NCBI GenBank assembly: GCA_951406725.2
Contig: OX597815.1
Coordinates: 76,570,001 to 76,634,000, forward strand
Reading direction: 5' to 3'
DNA length: 64,000 nt
DNA from: Octopus vulgaris
Lineage: Eukaryota
Numbering within the stretch: the first letter of the stretch is position 1; the number at the start of each line of letters is the position of its first letter. The translations under genes were made by a program, and so were the position numbers. The notes under the pieces are model-generated. The model did not search any database. It was not told where the DNA came from and saw nothing but the letters and a program-made list of their open reading frames with translations. Of the stretch, positions 13,612 through 26,962 are shown piece after piece.

Positions 13612-14290
13612 ACAAGGTGCATTCCAGAAGGTTTGAGACTTTTTTTTTTAGGAGAGGAAGTTATAACTTGTCGCAGCTGATTAGTTTGAAGAATGCGGTC
13701 GGGATGTGAAGACAATTTCGAAGCTCGCTATGGAATAAAGATCTGTGTTAAACTGATGAAAAAAAGCGCTACAGAAACTTACGAAATACCATACTGCTTT
13801 TGGATTAACTTGTATGTGCCAAGCATCTGTTTTCACTGGCACAAGATGTTTAAGGACGGCTGAGAGGAGATGAGAGCCGACGTGAAGTGTAGAAGAGAGA
13901 GGGACGTCAGAACATCAAAGCTGGTTGACGAAATGGCAGCTGTACACAGAATCATTCATGAAGATGTAAACATGTACAGAATTTGTGCAAAATTTATTCT
14001 CAGGGTGCTCAGTGACGAACAGACGGAAAGACGCGTTAATGACAGTAGGGAGATGGTTGAGCTCTTTACCTTCATCCCAAGTGTACTTGAGTCTATGGTG
14101 ACCTGTATCGAAAGCTGGATCTACCATTATGATCCAAGGACCAAGAAACAGATTGCTCAATGGCAACATCTTGACTCTCCCAAACCCAAGAAGGTCAGGT
14201 AAAGCAAATCACCAGGAAGCTCAAGATGTTCTCACTTTTTCGAGAGCAAGAGCATCATCTGTATACCCTGGGTTCCTTCTGGCCAGACGT
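13612..14290 (+). pseudogene. Mariner-type transposase relic (5' part)
   Basis: TA-CAAGGTGCATTCC TIR-like start. Translation VHRIIHEDVNMYRICAKFILRVLSDEQ...MVTCIESWIYHYDP...QWQHLDSPKPKKVR matches the mariner WVPxxL and TGDExW motif region. Confidence 0.85.
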
Positions 14291-14304
14291 CAACACAAAT
14301 TTCC

Positions 14305-14448
14305 GCCCTCCAAATCCACTTACAAGTCTTTGGTCGGCCGAGAGCTATAGTAGAGGACACTTACCCAAGGTGTTACACAGTGGTGGGACTGAACCTGGAA
14401 GTATGAGGTTGGGAATCTAGCTTCTTACCACACAGCCACACCTGCGCC
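14305..14448 (-). mobile_element. tRNA-derived SINE family B, 5' part
   Basis: Reverse complement ggcgcaggtgtggctgtgtggtaagaag...ggttcagtccc...caccttgggtaagtgtc. Confidence 0.85.
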
Positions 14449-14501
14449 ATATCTGCATACTTGTATACATACATGCATACATACATACATACATACATAC
14501 A

Positions 14502-14535
<34 letters not shown>

Positions 14536-14556
14536 CATACATACATACATACATAC

Positions 14557-14619
<63 letters not shown>

Positions 14620-15287
14620 TTATACATATAAATGTATGACGTATGTATATATTTGTGTGTGTATTTGTATGTGTGCATCTATCTATCTACCTACTCACAC
14701 ACACACACACACACACAGATGTCATGTGTTTACGATATATCGCTTTCTCTTTTTTCTTTACTTAATTGGCTTTCATTCATTAGGAAGACAATCCTGGTCT
14801 CTAAGAGACAATGCTCTTTCGCTGGTATTTCGACAACAATGAATCCACTCAAATGCTGAACTTTTGGAAAGTATTGCATATTTTTTTTTATTGTGCAGCA
14901 ACAGACAGTGTATATAAACTGAATTTAGATCAGATATTTTTGTTCTTCGTCAAGGTTACTGCACAAACATCACGAATTGTGAGCAAGAGCGCTTATGTAT
15001 TTCGGGACGAATTTAGACTTAAAACCACCATTGTAAATTAGCTACAAATTTTACATCAGCTGATCATGGGTATTTTCATTTCCCATGATATTTTGTTTAC
15101 ATAACATTTAAATCATTGAAGCTATTGACCTCCAGAAAAAAAAAAATTAATTTTTTTCCATGCAGAAAAAAAGTAGTATATCGTATGCAACGTATGTGAT
15201 GGAAGTCAAAAGTTAAATATTTCGACAGGGTTTCCAGCAATAAGTACTTGGGATTATTTCCTAAGTTCATAGGCCCATAGTATTTTA

Positions 15288-15707
<420 letters not shown>

Positions 15708-15831
15708 GTATATATATATATACATATATAAATATAATTGAACAGATATACATACATAAATATATACTATATAGGTATCAAACAAAAAAAAAATTCTGTC
15801 TGAAAAATTTCTAATAGAAATATCCTTACAT

Positions 15832-16039
15832 TACTCTTTACTCTTTTACTCTTTTACTTGTTTCAGTCATTTGACTGCGGCCATGCTGGAGCATCGCCTT
15901 TAGTCGAGCAAATCGACCCCGGGGCTTATTCTTTGTAAGCTCAGTACTTATTCTATCGGTCTCTTTTGCCGAACCGCTAAGTGACGGGGACGTAAACACA
16001 CCAGCATCGGTTGTCAAGCGATGCTAGGGGGACAAAAAG

Positions 16040-16078
<39 letters not shown>

Positions 16079-16301
16079 GACACACTAACACATACACACA
16101 CACACACATATACATATATATATATATATACATATATACGACAGGCTTCTTTCAGTTTCCGTCTACCAAATCCATTCACAAGGCATTGGTCGGCCCGGGG
16201 CTATAGCAGAAGACACTTGCCCAAGATGCCACGCAGTGGGACTGAACCCGGAACCTTGTGGTTGGTTAGCAAGCTACTTACCACACAGCCACTCCTGCGC
16301 C
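15832..16301 (-). mobile_element. Full-length SINE family B
   Basis: Head ggcgcaggagtggctgtgtggtaag...ccgggttcagtccc (A and B boxes), internal (TG)n/(TA)n and an (agtaaaag)n tail. Nearly identical to 51220-51605. Confidence 0.92.
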
Positions 16302-16829
16302 TATGTACATATAACATATAAATCTTTCTAATTCCTATTAGCAAATGAAACACGTGTAATAGAAAATGAATAATAGCAAAAAAAAAAAAATCCATTTTCC
16401 TATTTTGTTATACATAAATATGTATATATATATAAATAAATATGTGGGGGTGAGTTGCGTGCGCGTGCGTTTGAGTGCCTGTCTAAATAGACTGTCCTTC
16501 AAACAACGTTTTATATATTCTTTACTTTAGTCTTGTCATTCATCAAATGATATTATGTACTCACATGCCTGCGTACATGTATGTATATAATATATTGAGT
16601 TACATAATTTTTTTTATTTATACAACCCAGTATGCTGATATAACAATTCCATTCATTCCTCGGCTTCATTCTTTCGTTTCTTTATTATTATACTTTAAAA
16701 TGAATGCACCAACCTTAGCGGTGCATTTCCTCAGATGTATAGTTTGTAAGTAACGTTTTTGAAATTAATAGAATACTAGTGCAAATTTTCCTTTCATATA
16801 CATTCTGATAGACTGGATGTCACATAGAG

Positions 16830-17250
16830 TTCTGACTGACGTACTCGCCTGCATTTCCAGAAACACAGCGCGAGACATTTCCCATCTCAAGCGATGCTTA
16901 TTTAAAGATCCCGGATGTACTAGTAAAGCTTTATTTGCAGACGCTAGCATTGAAAATGTCTCCAAAACAACCAGAAATAAAGTAATTGGTAGCCTTACGA
17001 AAGAGAAGAAACCTGCGTGCAAGCCCGTTGACTCTCAAGCATAAAAAAGCTCGGCTAGAATAGGGTAGAATGTATATGAAGACCGATGTCAAGCATATTT
17101 TGTTCACTGACGAGTGCCGAACCACGCTAGATGGAACTGATCGTTGGGCTAAGGGATGGGTGTTTTATGACAAACTCGCTCACATGCGTTTGCGCCGTCA
17201 GCGAGGAGGAGGAGGAGGAGGAGTCATGTTTTGGGCTCGAGGAGTCACAT
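16830..17250 (+). pseudogene. Tc1/IS630-like transposase fragment
   Basis: ...KHILFTDECRTTLDGTDRWAKGWV...RLRRQRGGGGGGVMFWA: first catalytic D motif and the GGGxVMxW motif. Confidence 0.8.
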
Positions 17251-17336
17251 TTTAGAATGTATGTCGTTAGTCAGCTGGAGGAGATGTCTTCCTGGGGCTA
17301 TAAACATCAGGAGCACTGTCCTATATAAGACACTAC

Positions 17337-17776
17337 GGATCTTTTCGGTTTGAACGGCAGTTTTTAACATAATTTCTAGGTAACTAAAAAATTTTAAACT
17401 TCGTATACTGGTAGAATGTGTTTATAAAACATCTTTTTCTCTTGGCTTTATTGAGAAAATTCTATAGTGTGTAAGATATTTGTTGTTTTTTCTTCAATTT
17501 CGGCAATTTCAACCAATCAATGACGTCCATTGAGGTAAAAAACATTCTGTGCCATATGAATATGTCCCTCGTTTAAGAAACAGATTGGGTGTATTTACAT
17601 TTGTGAAGAAAAAAAAGATACCCTTCCCCACCCCTAACCCTAACCCTAACTAACTCTAACTAACCCTAACCCTAAAACAGATTGAAATGCAATAGATCGA
17701 TACTAAGATCATAATTATGGGTGACAATTTCATATGACATCGCTAGAAAAACCTGCCGTTCAAACCGAAAAGATCC
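17337..17776. mobile_element. MITE with GG termini (Merlin-like) containing (CCCTAA)n
   Basis: TIR ggatcttttcggtttgaacggcag / ctgccgttcaaaccgaaaagatcc. TSD gacactac / gacaccac. Splits a copy of the 17936-18145 repeat family. Confidence 0.9.
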
Positions 17777-17935
17777 GACACCACACTTAGGCAAATATAT
17801 GTTCCGTTCAGCTACTGTTTATATTTCTTCCAGAGATTTAATGTAACATTCTTTCTCTTCTACGCGATCGGCGACAGTGAGTCGCTAGAAAAATATATAG
17901 TAATTAGCGAGTGGAATGAGTTTCCATCACTAGCT

Positions 17936-18145
17936 GGTGATTAACACACGGGGAGGACGGGTAACCACTCAGAAACTCGAGTCCGTGTGTATCACGTAAG
18001 GCTAGAGATGGGAGCGATGACCTCCCCTCGCAAATACAAATCGGACACAGAATGTGTGGCGTTAGCCAGCTGGAGGAGATGTCTTCCTGGAGCTATTAAA
18101 CATCAGTAGCTGTGTCCTGTATAGGATGCCACACTTAGTTGGCAA
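17936..18145 (+). mobile_element. Short repeat with a degenerate type I hammerhead (Penelope pseudo-LTR or retrozyme-like)
   Basis: acacacg-GGGAGGA-cgggt/actca-GAAA-CTCGAG-TC-cgtgtgt. Homologous copies at 17255-17336 plus 17777-17800 and at 62845-63027. Confidence 0.65.
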
Positions 18146-18154
18146 ATATATATA

Positions 18155-18187
<33 letters not shown>

Positions 18188-18238
18188 CTATATATATTTA
18201 TACATATACACACACACGAGCGTACTTGGATGGAGAGA

Positions 18239-18281
18239 GTCGCTGAAGCGGTCATAGATGTGTGACGAAAGATTTCCGGAC
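18239..18281 (+). ncRNA. Degenerate minimal hammerhead motif
   Basis: gtcg-CTGAAGC-g-GTCA/TGAC-GAAA-gatt-TC-cggac. Confidence 0.45.
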
Positions 18282-18393
18282 AATGGATATAAGATAAAAT
18301 AAGAACAGTAATAAGCGAGTGGAGGGCGAATATATAATGCGTGTGTTTACTAGGCAAAAAAAAGAAAAAAAATGACCATTCCGAAACATAACA

Positions 18394-18445
<52 letters not shown>

Positions 18446-18552
18446 GGAGGGCGAATAGGAGGGCGATATATATATAGGAGGGCGAATATATAATGCGTGT
18501 GTTTACCATAAAAAAAGAGAAAAAAATGACCATTCCGAAACATAACAATATA

Positions 18553-18655
<103 letters not shown>

Positions 18656-18678
18656 ATAAATATATACATATATATATA

Positions 18679-18740
<62 letters not shown>

Positions 18741-18903
18741 CTGCAGTACCAGCGCCAAGCAATGCTTAGGCAGAAGAGAACTTTAGGTTACACATTTCAA
18801 CTTCTAAAGGCATGTTTACTGCATTTACCGTACAGAAAAATTTATCTTTTGTGGTGAAAGGGTGTAAAAACACCATATCTGTCCAGTGCTGATCCCTGCC
18901 AGA

Positions 18904-18944
18904 TTCCTAGACGCGTTTCTAGCTCTAGCTAAAATCAGCGGGAA
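18904..18944 (-). ncRNA. Degenerate minimal hammerhead motif
   Basis: Reverse complement ttcccg-CTGATTT-TAGC/GCTA-GAAACGCGTC-taggaa. Palindromic helix III; the GA of the core is mutated. Confidence 0.45.
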
Positions 18945-19264
18945 ACACATAAGAGTAACAACTCTGGACAAACTTACCTAAAGCCGTAGCTTCAACTAAA
19001 GCACAGTCAACAACACTGACTGAAGTGCACCATTACACACACACACGCACATCCCGTAACTTGATGGCCGCTGTCTCTCCTGAGTTCATCTGATTTTGAC
19101 AGGTGCTGTTAGTCATCCTGCAGGATGTTGAAAACTTGTCCCACTCATCTGGTTTTTACCATCCAGTTTAATCACCGACGACCCAACCATGCAACAGGTT
19201 GTACTGAGTTACATGCTATCAATGGCATGAAATAGCACACCTGGCGATATACATGCGTGTGCGG

Positions 19265-19366
<102 letters not shown>

Positions 19367-19555
19367 GAATGACAAAAACAGTCAAGAGCTACATAGGCAC
19401 TTTCATTATCATACACTCGTTTCCACAATAAGTACCGTGCGCCCAGAGAAGCAGATGTAAAATAATGAAGATTATTAACAACTCTCGTTCTTCCGTGGTT
19501 ATGTAATACTTGTTCTTTTGTCATTCATTTATTAGTTGATACTAAGGTCTGTACT

Positions 19556-19760
19556 GGCGGCGAACTAGCAGAATCTTTAGCATGCCGGGCGAAACGCTTA
19601 GCAGCATTTCATCCGTCTTTACGTTCTGAATTTAAATTCCGCCGAGGTCGGCTTTGCTTTTTGTACTTTCGGTGTCAATAAAATAAGTACCAGTTGTGCA
19701 ATAGGATCAATGTGATCGATTTATCCCATCTCCCGAACTTGGTGGCCTTGTGCCAAAGCT
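19556..19760 (+). mobile_element. SINE family A copy
   Basis: ggcggcgaactagcagaatc...aaattccgccgaggtcgg...aaataagtaccag. Confidence 0.85.
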
Positions 19761-20219
19761 GACCGTGACCATTTCACGGTCAGCTTTATATATATAAAGC
19801 ATATAAATATAAGTATATATGTACGTGTGTATGTATGTATGTATGTATGTATGTATGTATGTATGTATGTATGTATGTATGTATGTATGTATGTATGTAT
19901 GTATGTATGTATGCATGTATGTATGTATGTATGTATGTATGTATGTATGTATGTATGTATGTATGTATGTATAATGTACGTATATTAGCATATTTAGATA
20001 TTTTTTCGCTTTCGTTAAATACAGTGTTTAACCAATTTTCTGTAAAGTTGAGTGAGTCACAGTTGGGAATAAATTATTAATGTCCCTAAGTTTTTAATGA
20101 AAGATTAAACTCACAAACATTTTGAGTGTTGTCGTTCCAGTCGGCTGGACCCAGTCACCCATGATCTAACAATTCTACAGCACGCAGGACCAAAAACAAA
20201 TGCCAGCCTATTTAATATT

Positions 20220-20423
20220 GGTTTCAGATTTTGGCACAAGGTAAGCAATTTCGGGTGAGTGGCGTATGTGGATTACATTGACCTCAAGTCTAAAATGGTA
20301 CTTATTTCATCGATGGATGAAAAGCAAAGTCGACTTTGGCAGAATTTATACTCAGAACGTAAAGACAGACGAAATGCCGCTAAGCATTTTGCGCAGAGTG
20401 TTAACAATTGTGCCAGCTCGCCG
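20220..20423 (-). mobile_element. SINE family A copy
   Basis: Reverse-complement core and head. Confidence 0.8.
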
Positions 20424-22119
20424 GTAAAACCCTGTCAAATCTCAGTCGTTCATACAGTCAAAGAAAATATACTACTATAGTAATAAAGTATTTAGCATGA
20501 AGCCGCTAAAAGTGCGAGTCATGTAGTTAGTATATATTACTTTTACTACTGGGTTAATCCGGGACTGTTGCTGGAGGCAGCCACTGTGCTCAGTTTACAT
20601 TGTTCACAGTTGGCCACATTACTAGTTTATAGGCTACCGACGTTGTAATCAAGAAAACTATGTTTGCTATTTGCCTACACAATGTTGCGCTGTAAATATG
20701 TTTGCTCACCAGAGAACCAGATCTGTTATTCCGTGAGAAATAGGACACAGACTTGAATAAATTATTTCAGAGTGTCAGTCGCGCTTTGTTGTGTACGTAT
20801 CTCGGTATTGACTAAGTCTTTTAGTTATAACCTCTTTCTCGGTCGCTGCACACCGTACTACCAGGTCTACATAGACACTAAAGCTCTTACACACTGAATT
20901 ACACATTACTAAAACCACTCAAACGTCACACTTCAGCTTACTTTCGGTTCTCTAAGAATATACACATGTACGTGGAAACAAACGCTTAATACAATTGCAT
21001 ACAGGCATGGTGGATGTATATTTCAGTAAGTCACATACATGAATGCTTTTTCACATGTATAAGTGAAATTCATACATACATTCGTATGTGCATGATTTAG
21101 CATATGTGGCAGCAAATGTATGTATGTATGTATGTATGTATGTATGTATGTATGTATGTATGTATGTATGTATGTATGTATGTATGTGCACCGGATATAC
21201 TTTTCATTCATGCCTGTAGTCATCAGTGACTAATATCCGTTATAAAATGTTTTCACAATAACCTGAAAATATTTGGGTTTGGCAATACAATGTGAAAGTA
21301 TTGATATACAAATATGTAGAGTCATTGAATCTGAAGGAATTGTAAGGATATTCAAAACCTTTAAAATATTTGTATTGTTGATATTGTTATTTAAAGCAGA
21401 AATATTCTGCTCTGGTCGAGTAAACCGATAATCAAATCCAATACACTTTAAATTAAACAAATTACAATACTCATATTAAATACTCAAATTGTATGGCAAT
21501 GTTATTGCTGAAAAGAAAGCCTAGCCAGGTTTTTATTTTCAGCAATAATGTACATTAGTCTACATTGTCTAATTTGTATTATTTCATAAAAGCAGGGTAT
21601 GTTCAGGAGTCGATTTGATTGCTATTTCTAACAGGTAGAGCGAACATATTGGAATCCTTCCGTTGGTTGGAATTCTCTTATCTGAACACACATTAGCATG
21701 ATATAAACAAGCATCGATTTCCCGCATGAGTTCAAGGCCAGATATTTAGAGTCGATTGGTACTTGCCTTGTATGTATTTCCTTAATCCCTGAAAGGTGAA
21801 ATCAAAGTCAATTTCAGCAGTATTTGAGCTCGAAAACACAAATGTTCATATCAATATTATAAAGGCAGAAACAGTAATGTATCGAACAATATGCTTCACG
21901 ATATTAACTTGCGTCCTCTTACGATCCTGCCGAGGTGAACGCTGCATTGTATCATTTTGGGGCAGATGAAATACAATACCAAATTCAGATGGATCTTATC
22001 AATTCTCCCCATAGCTAAAATGATAGGCTTTGTACTTTTATGTTGGGAATTTATATTATAAATTATGCATATTAGACGATGGAATGACAGTTATGGCAGA
22101 ACTTCAAACTGATTACATA

Positions 22120-22745
22120 TGTAGAGATCTAGCTTGACCCTGCCTGAGATTTGAAACCAAATGTACCTGCTTGTTGCTTGTCAAAACGAAAGGGAAATCC
22201 TCTCCACACCAGATGATTGATGAGGAAACGCTCGACCCCTTAGGACCTATGCTGGTCAAGGAAAGGTCAGTCCTTTGTTTAGGGTTTGACCTACATTACT
22301 GACCATGGTCTATATAACAGAGAATTTCCGATCTCTTCCTCTTTTACGTCAGTCAGACCAAGGAGCAACACACTCTTTTGCGTAAGCTGTGAACAAGAGT
22401 AGCATTTTCCTTGGTCGCGAGAAAGGCGATGCCACCTCTATCCTTTCTAGTCAGGGCCGTGCATTCCTTACTCTTTCACTCTCTACTGACAGACAACCTT
22501 TTTCTATACTATCAACTACTAACCAGTAAGCCAACTTTGTCACTATCACTAGAATTGTTATTGTCTCTTTAAGTACCTATCGGCAAACGAATAAACATAT
22601 GTAAATAATATTTCTTCCTTCTTGGTGTTGATTCTTCGATGTTTACTGGTACTCCGACGCGAGAACCTTGAAGCGTTACGTATATATGCTACATTTGGTA
22701 GACGACTACAACATACCAACCCAAGGCATAACATTAGCCGTTACA
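22120..22745 (+). mobile_element. Solo LTR (Gypsy-like)
   Basis: TGTA...TACA termini and 4-bp TSD cata (22116-22119, 22746-22749). Internal TATA-like ctatataa at about 22310 and AATAAA at about 22590. Confidence 0.7.
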
Positions 22746-23469
22746 CATATAATCCGAAACCTGTGAAGTCCTCTTTGCTTTCATTTCACTATGGTCCTTA
22801 AGGTAAGCTCTAATCGTGTTCTAGATTGATGCGATCAATTATACCACTCACCTACTAACGGGGAACCTTGCAATAATATCCAGGCTGTGAGAACCATGCA
22901 TAGAGCTTGTCAGAAACAGACCAACCTCATATCACGAATACATACAATAAAAAGTATATACCAGAAAAGTAAAGCCGATATATATTGATATATGCTGTTG
23001 AAGGTCTTCTCAAGTTAGAAGAGATATAAATTAAGTCAAAAGATACGATATAATACGGTGACAAACAAGCAACTTTAAAGACAAATATATAAGCTTCAGT
23101 AGCGGAATTTGCAAGCAGCTTTCAGTTACTAACTAGAATTTCTTCACTTCATTTTTGCTATTAATACCCTTAGAATGACATGAAACTCGCAATCTTATGT
23201 CATATAAACGTATAGTCTAAGAGATATTGCTGTCTAAGTATAAAATAAACATGTAACTCAAAGATCTGCAGTTAAAAGTATTATATATATGCATATATAT
23301 GTAATACACAGTGGAGTATTACACACACATACACGAACACGCGCGCGCATTAAACAGAGAAGCGGTGACAAGTGACAAGTCTGTAAATAATAATCATAAG
23401 CTTGAAGCTTATAAGCGATCACCGTAAATTGGCTAAAGAACATAGCTTAATATTGGGGCATATAAACCC

Positions 23470-23950
23470 TCGATGGAGAAAAAAAGCCACCCCCAAAACA
23501 CAAAGATTGTTAACTTCACTCGGGCATTTATTATTTGATGTCAATATTTTCATCGCACCGGTAGCGATCTGGTCACTAACGTGGTTCAATTGCAATTGGC
23601 TTGAGGCGAGGCCGTTGGTCTGCATATACAGGTTTCAGATTTATGAATAAATTTTCTTTCATTTGTATAGGTCAGTCGTTCATAGTTGATGCTCATACAA
23701 CCAAATACCGAGTGACTAACAATGAACACCCATCCAGAACAACTGACCTATATAGATAGAATTATATTCATAACCCTGAAACCTATATGTGTCGACCTAC
23801 AATCTCGCCTACAATAGGATGCAATGGAACCGTGTTAGTGACCAGGTCGCATTTGGTGCGAGAAAACTTTTGTCAGTAAATAGTGAATGTTTAAGTAAAG
23901 GTGACGCACTTTATGTGTTTTTGAATGGCTAATATGTTTCTTCCACGCAG
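23470..23950. mobile_element. Old foldback/MITE element, palindromic over almost its whole length
   Basis: Arms such as tcgcaccggtagcgatctggtcactaac / gttagtgaccaggtcgcatttggtgcga and aggtttcag / ctgaaacct pair symmetrically around about 23710. Confidence 0.75.
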
Positions 23951-24030
23951 TAATTGTTCTCGTTTCAATACACAGTCTCAGATCAAATCACTTGCCGGGA
24001 AGAAACATCTAATAAATAAATAAACATATA

Positions 24031-24118
<88 letters not shown>

Positions 24119-24224
24119 ATAATAAAAGGGTAAAATTAATTCATTTTATTAATCAATTAATTAATAATTAATAATTTTACCAAGTAGATCGGTACGTTAA
24201 AATAACCTTTTTAGGTAAAATTAT

Positions 24225-24485
24225 ACAAATATTCTATAATTATAAACATAATTATAATTAGGGGTCAGCTAATTGCTTCACCACGTGCCGAATTTAGAAA
24301 TAGGAGTTTAAATTCCTTTTCTACTACCATAAAGATCTCCCAGATAGTGACACTTTTTTTACGTTGCCTACGTAAAAAAAAGTGTGTTACTATCTGGGAG
24401 ATCTTTATGGTAGTAGAAAAGGAATTTTAACTCCTATTTCTAAATTCGGCACGTGGTGAAGCAATCTTTATAATTATAGAATATT

Positions 24486-24488
<3 letters not shown>
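24225..24488. repeat. Near-perfect long inverted repeat between (TA)n tracts
   Basis: Arms of about 93 bp (24272-24364 / 24370-24465) around a 5-nt loop tgcct, plus outer arms 24225-24246 / 24467-24488. Confidence 0.95.
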
Positions 24489-24518
<30 letters not shown>

Positions 24519-24776
24519 CATAGATATATAGATATGTTGTTCATAGATGAGAATTAGAAATTCTCCGTACACAATACACTTAGTAGTGCTCAAGAGATTT
24601 AAACTTGAGCGGTATAGAAGTAAATGTAGGGATAAGCAAAGTGAGATCAATATGTAAAGTATATTAAATACATGAAATAAAAAAAAGTGTATATATGTTT
24701 ACATTCAAAAAGGTTAGACTTACACAGAATATAAATGATATAAAGAACCAAAGGGATTGAAGAAAAGTATTACAAA

Positions 24777-24868
24777 TTCAACAGCTGTTTCTGGGGTCTC
24801 GGTGGTCCAAAATAATGTTCGTAGATTGATTTTATCGTAAAATGAGACGAGCTACTGCCTTCAGGGAA
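24777..24868 (-). ncRNA. Degenerate hammerhead motif with long helix II
   Basis: Reverse complement ttcc-CTGAAGG-...gtctc...gagac...-GAAAC-AGCT-GTT-gaa. Confidence 0.4.
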
Positions 24869-25379
24869 GAGATCGTACATTTGAGGTGTTAAAAGACTCC
24901 TTAGTAACTTATATATACCTTAAATCACAAAATATTCTACATAGCCGTCTTGTTCCAAAGTAAGTGACGCTCCACCATACAATGCAAACATCGGTATGTG
25001 TAAATTAATGTTTAAGAGAATCATTAACTATTCTTCACCTTTACAACCCCTCATTACTTAACAGATTCTCAGGGTGGTCTTGTAAACAAGTACCGCTTAT
25101 CATTCGTGCATTTTATTAAATCTATGTTGTCCTATAATTACAACTATCGATACTCAAATTTACCAAATTTACCAAATTTAACTAAAACAAGGTCAGCCTA
25201 GCAACCTACTACCTCAATAAATACCACTCCCCTATTAATCTTTCTCATAAGTTGCTTATCCTTACATTTACTAGACATATACATACATACATACATACAT
25301 ACACACATGCATACATACATACATACATACATACATACATACATACATACATACATACATACATACATAATACATACAA

Positions 25380-25431
<52 letters not shown>

Positions 25432-25520
25432 CTTTTTTCCTTCTTTCCTGAGCGTCCAATAATACTATATTTGTTCCACGTCCTCGCGTTGTTGTGTTTT
25501 TTGTGCTTTCTTGTTTGGAT

Positions 25521-25622
<102 letters not shown>

Positions 25623-26217
25623 TATATACATATACATATACATATATACCGTATATACTCGAGTAATAGTCGATCTCGTGTGAAAGTCACGAACAACAGC
25701 ACAACATTTGTGGGTCAAGGTACCATATTATTCTGTACGTAGAAATAACAGCGTTACAAAATAGTGAAGTTACCTTACTGTAGCCTGCTCTATAGGTGGA
25801 ATGCTTGGTGCTTATAATGGAATGCTCGGTGCTTATAGTAAAACACCATTTAATAGCGAACACTACACATCACCATTACTAAAATGTATGCACAGGAAAT
25901 GCTGCAAGCCTGCATACATCTTCAAGCACTATAAACACATGTGACATACACTCGTTTTTTACATGGTGAGAAACGTGTTTCACAGACACCATTACAGGCG
26001 AACACTGGCAAACGCCACTGTCTGAATTCGTACAAAGTCATGGCTTTGGTAAGCCTAAAAGCATTCAATTAATCGCTAGATCAGTGATTCCCATGCGAGC
26101 TTTATATTATTCATATTTCCAAATAAAATAAACACATGCGTCACACGCTCGTCAGCGTATATGGCGAGAAACGTGTTTCACAGACAACACTATCGGCGAA
26201 CAGCATAGTTAATCGTT

Positions 26218-26334
26218 ATGGTTCCCAAACTTTTTTTTACTGCGGAATCATTTGATATTATATTTAAAAACGTGGAACTCCTGATAACTTTCAGGGAACC
26301 ATGGGGTTTTGCAGAATACACTTTGGGAATCCCT
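26218..26334. mobile_element. Small hAT-Charlie-like MITE relic
   Basis: ggttcccaaact ... actttgggaatccctg termini resemble hAT CAGGG/CCCTG-type TIRs. Confidence 0.45.
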
Positions 26335-26962
26335 GCTCCAGATTAACAACTCTACACCATATTTACTGAGACATTTACTGGGAACTGCACATGACATCCT
26401 GCAAATTTTATTTTTCATTTCTGTGCGAAACAATATACACACAGAACACGACACACTGTTTATTTTATAATAACCGTGTGGCGATCGCATACTACGAAAT
26501 GGCAACTGATCTTGAGCGTGGAAATGCATTAACATTATATTATTGTTGTAAGTTTCATACTGATCTATTTTTAAATACAACTCTTGTTTCATGGCATAAC
26601 ATAATTTTTACCGGTACTCCTTGCTTTAATGTAGGAATCGATTTCATGTGCAGCTTTTGACGATTCCTCCCATCTATGGAACTGTATGGGAGTTAAATCG
26701 ATAACTTTTATCAGAGAAAAATAGGTTAAAATGCTATGGCAATTTAAACATTAAAAAGGTAGGCGAGAAAACAGAGAGCAATGAAAGAATTTGGCATGAA
26801 AATTTTAAAATATCAGGCCAGAGTCGGGATTTAAAAAAATCAGGTCAGAGTTGGGTCATAATGTCTCTTTGCAGTTCAGCTGATTTCAGTTTCCGTATAA
26901 CACCCGTGGAATATAGTCGTATTGTTGAGGGTTTAAAAGTTCTCCGTCATTTTACGTAAAAA

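Noticed and set aside
17633-17674. True telomere or chromosome fusion site
   Set aside because: A short tract internal to a MITE that is present three times in the window.
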